The position numbers and the translations under genes were made by a program. Shown piece after piece: positions 54,890 through 64,000 of a stretch of 64,000 nucleotides of DNA. Under the pieces are notes generated by a model. That model was not told the DNA's origin. It saw only the letters and a program-made list of their open reading frames with translations, and made no database searches. Source of the stretch: Lama guanicoe (lineage: Eukaryota); contig MU054323.1 of NCBI GenBank assembly GCA_013239625.1, positions 18,928,819-18,992,818 of the forward strand, read 5' to 3'. Numbering within the stretch: position 1 is the first letter of the stretch; each line of letters begins with the position of its first letter.

Positions 54890-55310
54890 TGAGTTCCTTG
54901 TGAGGTCATCATCATTACCCTGGTTGCTCCAGTAAGAAATCTAGGTATGTTCCTCAACCTATCACTTTCCCTTGATTCTCTCATCTATCAGCTCAACGGC
55001 CATGAAGAACTTCTTTTTCCAATATTTAAATATCTACTAAATTCATCCCCTTCTCTGCATCTCACTGTCATTTCACTCCCCATTGCTCATTACTTTCATG
55101 TGGATCATTACAGTATACTAATCAGTCACTCAGTCTACACTGAGAACCAGTCTATTCTCTAAATACGGATATGATTCACTTTCTATAATGCAAATCTGAC
55201 ACTATCTCTGCATGTTCAAGACCCTTCTCAAGTGAATCAATTGAAAGAGTCCCTTTCTCCCTATACCTAGTACAATGCCAAGTATAAGGTGCATACTCAA
55301 GCAGTTGCTA
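54890..55310 (+). mobile_element. LINE2 remnants
   Basis: gttgctccagtaagaaatctagg...ttctctgcatctcactg and the tail cctagtacaatgcc. Confidence 0.55.
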
Positions 55311-55359
55311 AATTTCATATTTTTATTCAGCAATTTCTTGAGTTTGCACCTTATACTTG

Positions 55360-55441
55360 TATATGTATGATTGAAACATAATGTACATCAGAAATTGACA
55401 TATTATAACTGACTATACTTCAATAAAGAAAAAAAGAAAGA
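55360..55441 (+). mobile_element. Very short L1 3' end with A-rich tail
   Basis: Homologous to the reverse complement of the L1 tail at 63870-63960 (cagaaattgacatattataactgactatacttcaat followed by an A-tail). Confidence 0.85.
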
Positions 55442-56689
55442 AAGAAATTGCTACATTCAGGTCCTTTTAGAACATTCTCCACATATGACTGCTTTCCAGT
55501 AGAGGGCAGATTGTCACCCGGAAACTTCTCCCAAATGAGCACAGGTATTTGGGTTTGAATGCTGGCTCTGCTTACTCTGTCCATTATTCAAATAAGACAT
55601 AAGATAGGAAGGAAATGATGACATAGAAATTAAAATCCATACATGAATATATTGTAGACAGCAGAGGCTTTCTCGATGTCTTTGAAATGATAAGAAAAAT
55701 AGATTCAAATCAAATTCTGGTTCTGTGGTTTTGTCCAGTATAGTAAAGAGAGCAGAGAATTGGAATTTAAAAAAAAAAAAAGGGTCCTGAGTCCAGCGGT
55801 CCATTCAAATAATTTGCCATGTGCTCTTACTGTCTTCATCTGTAAAATTAGAAGGATGAACCCCGTTTATCTTATTAAGGGAAACGCTGATATACAAAAA
55901 AGAGCCACTTATCTATGATGCATTACAACTGCACATGCACCAATTTTTCAGTTATTCTGGTTATTCTCAATTTCCTAAAATCCATTCATGGACCCTGACA
56001 TCTTTGATAGTGACAGTTGGACTCTAGATCTCAGGTTAAGAACATTTTGTTTATAATTTACACCACAATTTCCCATTTGATATATTTAATCCTCTGAAAA
56101 ATCCTAGAATGTCATGTGTTTTTATTCTAATTGCAAAAGAAATAAACATGAGAAAGAAGATTTCAACTTAATTGATATATTTATTTATTCATCTTTTATT
56201 CTTTAAAAAGGAAAGATGGTTAGAAACAAACTATATTGAGAAAGCATTTTTATCCCCAACATACACGTCTGACAAATATTCGGACTGAAAAATGGCTTAC
56301 CATGAATGGAAAACAAATTGAGTTTCCCGTTTTGTTTTGTTTTATTTCATTTTTCTGACACATTACCTCAAATTACTACTGCATTGCAGCAAATCTTTGT
56401 GGAGATCAGTGAGTATATTTAAACAGAACAGAGACATCTCAGTCCAGAGTTAAATGCAGGATATGCAGAATTTACAATGGGGTATGCAAGTAATACCAGC
56501 ACAGATGTTATTCCAAGGAGTAGGAAGAGCTTTCAAATCAGTTCTCTTAAGCTTAATGCAGTTTTACATTTTATCTGGTGGTTCTGATATTAGACTGCTT
56601 ATAACCTACGTAGAAGGTTGCATATTGAGGGACTATTGGAATAACCATTACCTTTCCTTGAAAATGTTAGTATTCTAAGATCATGCTTT

Positions 56690-57265
56690 TTTTAAAAAAA
56701 AATTATTGAAGTATAGTTGATTTACAATGTTAGCTTCAGGTGTACAGCAAAGTGATCCCATTATACATAAACGTACATACGTATTTTTCCTTTTCAGATT
56801 ATTTTTCATTATATTTTATTACAAGAAATTGAATATAGTTTCCTGTGCTATACAGTAGGTCCTTGTTGTTTATCTATTTTATGTAAAGTAATGTGTCTGT
56901 TAATCCTCACACCTAATTTATCCCTCCCCACTCTTTCCCCCTTTGTAACCACAATTTGTTTTCTATGTCTGTGAGTCTGTTTTGGTTTGTAAGTAGAATT
57001 TATATCATTTTTTTGAGATTCCATGTATAAATGATATCATACGATACTTGTCTTTCTATGACTTACTTTACTCAATATGACAATCTCCAGGTCCATCCTT
57101 GTTGCTGCAAATGGCATTATTTCATTCTTTTTATGGCTAAGTAATATCCCATTGTACAAATATACCACAGCTTCTTTCATCCAGTCATGTGCTGATGGAT
57201 ATGTAGGTTGCTTTCATGTCTTGGCTATTGTAAGTAGTGCTGCTATGAACATTGGGGTGCAGGTG
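56690..57265 (-). mobile_element. 5'-truncated L1 with 16-bp TSD
   Basis: L1 tail ttgaagtatagttgatttacaatg. Exact TSD tctaagatcatgcttt at 56674-56689 and 57266-57281. Confidence 0.92.
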
Positions 57266-57740
57266 TCTAAGATCATGCTTTATTTTAGGACTAATGGAGC
57301 TAAAGTGACTAGGGTCAGTAATTCTCTTATATGATTTAGTACCAGATCAGGACAGTGCCTACACAGGAGCATTATGTTAAACTTCCCTTAATATGTTAAG
57401 CACATATTGCACATCTTTCCTAGGTATCTGTGTTACTTTACATTTGCATACACTATGTATGTCTGTAAATGTTCATTAATTGGGGATGAGTATTAAAGAG
57501 TTGAAAGTCAGGTATCTGATTGAGAGATATTTTGGATTTAGGAAGGAAAACTGTTCTTTGATGACCTGTACTTCTGGTCTGGTTTTTTTTTTCCTTATAT
57601 GAGAAATGGAAAAACATTAATCTACCTCTTAAAGCTATTTAAAGTATTAGGAGGAAAGAATTTAAAGTGCTTCATAAGTTATAAAATACCATACATATCA
57701 AAGGTAGTGTTTTTATTATTACTTTGTTACAAAGCAAGTA

Positions 57741-60128
57741 CAGGCATATCTTACTGTGGTTCACCTTATTATACTTTGCAGATATTGCTTTTTTTTTTTT
57801 TAACAAATTGAAGGTTTAGGGCAACTGTGCATCAAATAAGTCTATGGGCACCATCTTTCCAACAGTATTGGCTCACTTTGTATCTCTGTGTCACATTTTG
57901 GTAATTTTAGCAATATTTCAAACATTTAAATTATTACTATATTTTGATGTTGATCTGTGATCTGTGATCTTTGGTGTTACTATTGTAATGGTTCTGGGGC
58001 ATCATGAAATGTACCCGTATACAGTGACAAACTTAGTTGATAAATGTGTATGTTCTGACTGCTCCACCAACTGGCCATTCCCCCCATCCCTCTTCTTCTC
58101 CTCTGGTCTCTCTATTCCCTGAGACACAGTAACATTGGAATTAGGCCAACTTAATAACCCTATAGTGGCCTCTTAGCATTCGAGTGAAAAGAAGAGTCTC
58201 GCATCTCTCATTTTAAATCAAAAGCTAGAAATGATTATACTTAGTGAGGAAGGCATGTTAAAAGCTGAGACAGGTCAGAAGTTAGGCCTCTTGTACCAGT
58301 TAGCCAAGTTATGAATGCAAAGGAAAGGCCTTGAAGGAAATTAACAGTGCTTCTCCAGTGAACACATGAATGGTAAGGAATTGAAACAGCCTTAGGGCTG
58401 ATACAGAGAAATTTTCAGTCATCTGGACAGAAGATCAAACAAACCAGCTACAACATTCCATTAAGCCAATGCCTAATCCAGAGGGAGACCCTAACTCTCT
58501 TTACTTCCATGAAGGATAAGAGCGATAAGGAAGCTGCAGAACAAAAGTCTGAAGCTAACAGAGATGGGTTCATGAGGTTTAAGGAAAGAAGTCATCTTCA
58601 CAACGTAAAAAGTGCAAGGTGAAGCAGCAAGTGCTGAGACAAGAGACTGCAGCAGATTATCCAGAAGATTTAGGGAATGTATTTAATGAAGGTGGCTACA
58701 CTAAATAATGTAGTAGACAGAACAGCCTTCTGTTGGAAGAAGATGCCATCAAGGACTTTCAAAGCTGGAGAGAAGTCAGTGCCTGGCTTCAAAGCTTCAG
58801 AGGACAGGCGGACTCTCTAGTTAGGGGCTAATGCAACTGATAACTTTAAGTTGAAGTCAGTGCTCATACACCACTGCAGAAAAACTCGAGAGCCCTTAAG
58901 AATTACATTCAGTTTTCTCTGCTTATGCAGAGTGGAATATATCAGTAGAACAACAGAGCCTGAATGATAGCAAGCCTGTTTACAAATGATTTACTGAATA
59001 TGTTAAGCCCAGTGTTAACACCTCCTGCTCAGAAATAAAAATAATTTCTTTCAAAATATTACTGCTCATTGACAATACACCTGAACATCCAAGAGCTCTG
59101 ATGGAGATGCACAACATGATGAATCTTTTCATGCCTGCTAACACAACATCCATCCTGCAGTCCGTGGATCAAGAAGCAATTTCAGCTGTCAGGTCATTTT
59201 TTAAAAAGCTATTCGGTAAGGCTATCGCTGCAATAGATGGCGACTTCTCTGATATATCTGGGCAAGGTAGATTGAAAACCTTCTGGCAAGAATATACCAT
59301 TCTAGATATCATTAAGAACACCTGTGATTCTAGGGAAGCGGTCATTAGCAGGAGTTTGGAAGAAGTGGATTCCAGCCCTCATGGGTGACTTTGAGGGTTT
59401 CAGGACTTAAGTGGAGGAAGTAACTGCTGATGTGACAAAAACAGCAAGAGAAATAGAATTGGAGTGGAGCCTGAAGATGTGACAGAATTGCTGCAGTCTC
59501 ATGGCAAAGCCTTAACAGACAAGGGGTTGCTGCTTATGGATGAGCAAAGAAAGCGGTTTCTTGAGAAGGAATCTATTCCTGGTGAAGATTCTGTGAAGAT
59601 AATTGAACTTACAACAAGAATTTAGAATATTACAGAAACGTAGTTGATCCACAGCAGGGTTTGAGAAGACTGACTAATTTTGAAAGACGTTCTGTTATAA
59701 GTAAAATACTATCAAATAGTGTTGTATGCTACACAGCAATAGTGAAAGGAAGAGTTGATGCTGCAAACTTCTTTGGTGTCTTATTTTAAGAAATTGCCAC
59801 AGCCATGCCACCCTTCAGCAGCCATCACCCTGACCAGTCAGTAGCCATCAACACAGAGGCAAGTCCCTCCACAGGCAAGCACATAAAAGGCTTAGTGAAG
59901 GCTCAGATGATGTTTAGCAGTTTTCATCTATAAAATATTTTCTAATTAAGACATGTAGATTTGTTTTTTAGACATAATGCTATTGCACATTTAATAGACT
60001 ACAATAGCATAAACATAACTTTTATATGCACTGGGAAACCACAAAACCTGCGTGACTCCCTTTATTGCAACACTAGCTTTATTGCAGTGGTCTGAAAACC
60101 AAGCCACAGTATCTCCAAGGTATGCCTG
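57741..60128 (+). mobile_element. Full-length Tigger1-family DNA transposon (decayed transposase)
   Basis: ~2.39 kb with TIRs caggcata...tatgcctg and TA on both sides. DDE-domain fragment FMPANTTSILQSVDQEAIS...GRLKTFWQEYTILD, with many stops and frameshifts. Confidence 0.97.
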
Positions 60129-61279
60129 TAGAGCTAGGACAGAGCTGAAGAAAGCATCTTGGATGAGCAGATGAAGGGATCTAAGGGAATGAATGAGCTA
60201 TTTGCTCTTGATTAGATAAAGATACCTCTGTGCGATGCAGTTACCATAACAAGAGAATTCCAGGGAGGTCTTAACCTCAGCTGGACGTGGCTTGACACTG
60301 CATCTTCATGCGATCTTGTATCTGTCAGTGCACAGGTAGGTATATTGTTTATCCTGAAATCCCCCCCCTCCCTCTTTTTCTTTTTTTGATATTGAAAACA
60401 CTTAATCTATAATTGTTTGTCTCTTGTGCTATATAGCTGGGGGAAAACCTAGAAAAAAAAAGCAAAAGGGAAGGCTGCCTTCCTAAAGCTATCTTAACAG
60501 AAGTGGAATTTTCCTAAGGCCACAGTTAAGGAATGTTAGAAATGTGATGTGCCATTTATGACTCTTCCACCCTGAGCCCATTTAATGACCCTTTCATGAG
60601 GCCCATAGTCTCTGGCTTATGACTCCTCCTCCTCACTGTAACCCAGGAGCCACCCTGCAGCAACTGGGAGTTGGCATGTAAACAGCAGCCCACTTGCCCA
60701 CTTGTCATTCCTGTCTTAGGCTGAAGGTGAAAGCTACGGCCCGGGCCTGGCATGTATTCACAGGCCGTGAAAGCTTTTTTTTTTTTTTTCCATTAGAAGA
60801 GAAATACTGCTTATCATCATCTCTGCCTCTTAAATTACACATTTTATGAAATATTTAAGTTCAACCTCTGATCACTATCTGTGGGTGGAGAACCTCTTTT
60901 AATGATCACTCACTGTGCACCACTGATTTAAGGACTGAAATGGAATAGACTGAAACTATCATTCTTTCTTTCTCATACTTTCTCATATTAGAGTTGGGAA
61001 TGCGTTTCGTTTTAGTTCTTTATATACATACGTGCATGTTGGCTCTCTCCCCCAGGTGGGAGCCAGGGTGAAGTTTCATTTTTCCTTCACAATGTAATGT
61101 TCTCACTGTCTTAATATTTTCCCCTTTGAAGGAGGCTAACAAGGATCCCTGGGAAATGAGCACGACAAACTGGAGATGATTCTGTTTCAGAAGTACAGTC
61201 ACATGTAGTTCAGTAGTTGAATAAATTCAGGACGTGGTCTGTGATAACCACAGTTGTAAACACCAGGTCAGGTCTAAGA

Positions 61280-61485
61280 CATGTTAGTAGAGCTTTAGAG
61301 TTGTAACCTAAGTACACAAGTTCAGTTCTGCTAGTTTCTACTTTGGAGACTTGAAGAGATCCTTCAACTTCTTTCCACTTTTAATTTCTTAACAGCAAAA
61401 TGAACATGTTGGTACTTCACGAGAATAGTAATGATTAAATGAAAAAATAACTGTTCATGTTTTTCAAATTGCAAAGCATAATAAT
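61280..61485 (+). mobile_element. MIR fragment
   Basis: agagctttagag...gttcagttctgcta...aaaatgaac...gattaaatga. Confidence 0.5.
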
Positions 61486-61719
61486 GGTTATCATATAAGT
61501 TTCTGTTCCACCACCCAGACAGGGGCGAATGACATATAAGGACACTTAAGGACGTTGAATATACTCATGTCAAATTAGCAAGTGACTGGGCTTTAGCCTT
61601 GAAGGCATGTATAGTACAGTGATTTTTTGAGTAAGTCAAATGTTTGTAGTAAGTCAGAACATTTGGCAATTTTTATCATTTTCTCTATGGTGGCATTTTC
61701 TCTTGTATTAAAAAAGGTA

Positions 61720-63860
61720 ACTTTATGTGTTGTGAAATTTTTAATTTTGGTTTCAATTATGTGAGTTTTACTAACTGTATACACTTGTGTACCATCACCC
61801 AAAATGCGTTAGAATGTTCTCAGGACACCTGAATCTTTCTGTATTATACACTAACTTTAGCAGAAGCAATCATTTTTAACTTAAATTACTGTAGATTTCT
61901 TTCTTTTTTTTTTCCTGCATTTTTTATTTTATAGTACTCTTTTGTCTCTGGCCTCTTTATTCAGCAAAATGTTTTGGATACTCACCTTTGTTGAGGAAAT
62001 CAGTAACTTGTATGTTCCTTTAAGTTGCTGGGTAGTATAGTTCATTGTATGAATATGTCAAAAATGTTATCTCTTTTTTTTTCTGTTGAAAGACACTTGG
62101 TTTGTTTCCAGTTTTTGGCTACACCAATGAGTTTGCAATAAACATTCTTGAACAAGTCTTTTTGTAAGCATATGGTTTCATTTAACTTGAGAGTGGGACC
62201 TCTTTTAGGAATGTGGTTACTCTGGGAGTGTTATCTCTTTGGAAGTGGAATTGCTGAGTCATAGCTGCAGGCATGTGCATCTACACTGGAAAATTATCAG
62301 TATTTTATAAAAGCAAATGTATATCTAACCAACGAACATCTACTCTATATATACTAGACTTCAAATAGAATTTCCAAAGTGTCCTTTAAAATGTTTGAAC
62401 AGATTTTACACTCACTAGCAATGCATGATGATTCCAGTCACTCCACATCCTAACTAGCTGTGTTTGTGTTGGTAACTTTTTCATTTTCATTTGGCATTGT
62501 CAATGGATTTTTGTGTGTGTGTGTGTGTGTGTTTTAATTTTTAATTTCCTCCATATTAGTTGCATGTATTAGTATTCATTCTTTTAAATTATTGAGTGGT
62601 ATTATACAAATAACTGATTTTGTTTATCCATTTCTCTTATGGATAGACATTTGGGTTGTTTTTAGATTTTGTCTATTGTAGATAAAGCCGTTATAGATAC
62701 TAGAGTGCAAGTCCTTTAATAGACTAATATTTTCATTTCTTTCTAAATATTGCACTTCAGCGAATAGTTTAGATCAGGAATCCACAAACTGCTACTGTCT
62801 GTGGGCCAAATCTGGCCCACCACCTACCTGCCTTTGTCAATAAAACTTTACTAACACAGGGTCATGTTCATTTGTTTATATATTTTCCATAGCTGCTTTT
62901 GTGCTGCAGTGGACAGACTGAGTATTAGTAGTAGAAAACATATGACCTGCAAAGGTTAAACTATTTACTGCCTGACCATTTACACAAAAAGTTTGCCAAA
63001 ACTTAGTTTAGGTATACATTTATCTTTATAGGAAACTACTGCAGTTCACCAAAGCAGTCATGCAATTTTAAATTCACACCAACATTCTGTAACTTTTTCA
63101 GTTTCAGTTGCTCCACATTCTGGCCGTCCTTTGATATTGTTATTCTTTTTTATTCTACACATTCTACTTTGCAGAAATGACCTTACATTGTGGGCTTTAA
63201 TTCACATTGTCCTAAAAACCAAAAATGTTGATCACCTTTTCACTGCTTGGCCATTGTGTATCTTCTTTTGCAAAACATCTGTTGAAGCCTTTTGTGAATT
63301 ATTAAATTGCATAGTCTATCTTTTTAATTGTCTGTTTGTAGGAGTTCCTTATGTACTCAAAATATAGGTCCTTTTTCATAGATATTTCAATTTTATACCA
63401 TATTCACTTTTATCCCATTTTCTATTTTGTGGATTTCCTTGTAATTCTCTTGAAGTTATCTTTTGATATAAAGGAAACTCACATTTTTATGAGATCTAAT
63501 TTGTCACTTGTCATTTGTGATTAGTGCCTGTCATGTCTTGTCTGAAAAAAAAAATCTTTGCCTACTCTAAGGTAACAAAAATAATCTAATATATTTTCTT
63601 ACAATTTAGGAGTATGTTTCACTCCATATTACTTGTGTCTGAAGTGGGGTAGGAGGCAAAGTTCACTTTCTCTCCACGTGGATGTCCAGATGTTAAGGCT
63701 CATTTGTTAAAAGTATTTCCTTTCCCCATTGAATTGATTTGGAACCTGAGCCAAAAATCAATTAATCACATATGTTTGAGTTTGCTCCTGGATTCTATAT
63801 TCCATTTATCTGTTTGTCTATCCTTATACCACTGCCTTTTATCGCTATAGCTTTAATTTC
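61720..63860 (-). mobile_element. Old L1 (L1M-type) fragments, interrupted
   Basis: Antisense L1 3' UTR/ORF2 motifs (gacacttggtttgtttccagtttttggct; gtggaattgctgagtcatag; cagttgctccacattc). Confidence 0.8.
62775..63005 (+). mobile_element. MER58A-like hAT MITE nested in L1
   Basis: ctgtgggccaaatctggcccacc...aaaagtttgcc. 8-bp TSD gtttagat/gtttaggt. Confidence 0.9.
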
Positions 63861-63867
63861 TAAAAAA

Positions 63868-64000
63868 AATTTTTTAGTCGAAGTATAGCCAGTTTACAAT
63901 GTTGTGTCAGTTTCTGGTGTACAGCATAATGTTTCAGTCATACATATACATACATATATTTGTTTTCATATTGTTTTTCATTATAGGTTACTATAAGATA
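63868..64000 (-). mobile_element. Young lineage-specific L1 3' end (runs off the window)
   Basis: gaagtatagccagtttacaatgttgtgtcagtttctggtgtacagcataatgtttcagtcatacatatac. Confidence 0.9.

Noticed and set aside
57741..60128. Domesticated TIGD-like transposase gene
   Set aside because: The longest listed ORF is 95 aa, with numerous stops and frameshifts.

Overview
AT-rich, CpG-depleted mammalian genomic DNA. The young L1 3' ends are of the cetartiodactyl type, and I saw no Bov-tA, CHR or PRE1 SINEs, which suggests a camelid (inference). No protein-coding exon, RNA gene or CRISPR array can be supported, and the listed ORFs are chance ORFs or transposon remnants. A large part of the window is interspersed repeat: L1, L2, MIR, two Tigger1 copies (one full length), MER8/MER82/MER63/MER58/MER20/MER5 DNA elements, and a dense nest of ERV1/MaLR LTRs at ~25.7-39.7 kb that includes a two-LTR non-coding provirus. 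The most unusual structure is at 50.6-52.4 kb, where a ~240-bp degenerate interstitial telomeric array lies inside the loop of a ~360-bp inverted duplication. A short L1 insertion at 55.3 kb carries a fold-back copy of its own target site. A candidate promoter lies at ~4.7-5.4 kb. Repeat family names come from recalled consensus sequences, and identities were counted by eye. I found no convincing evidence of a new gene-based system.
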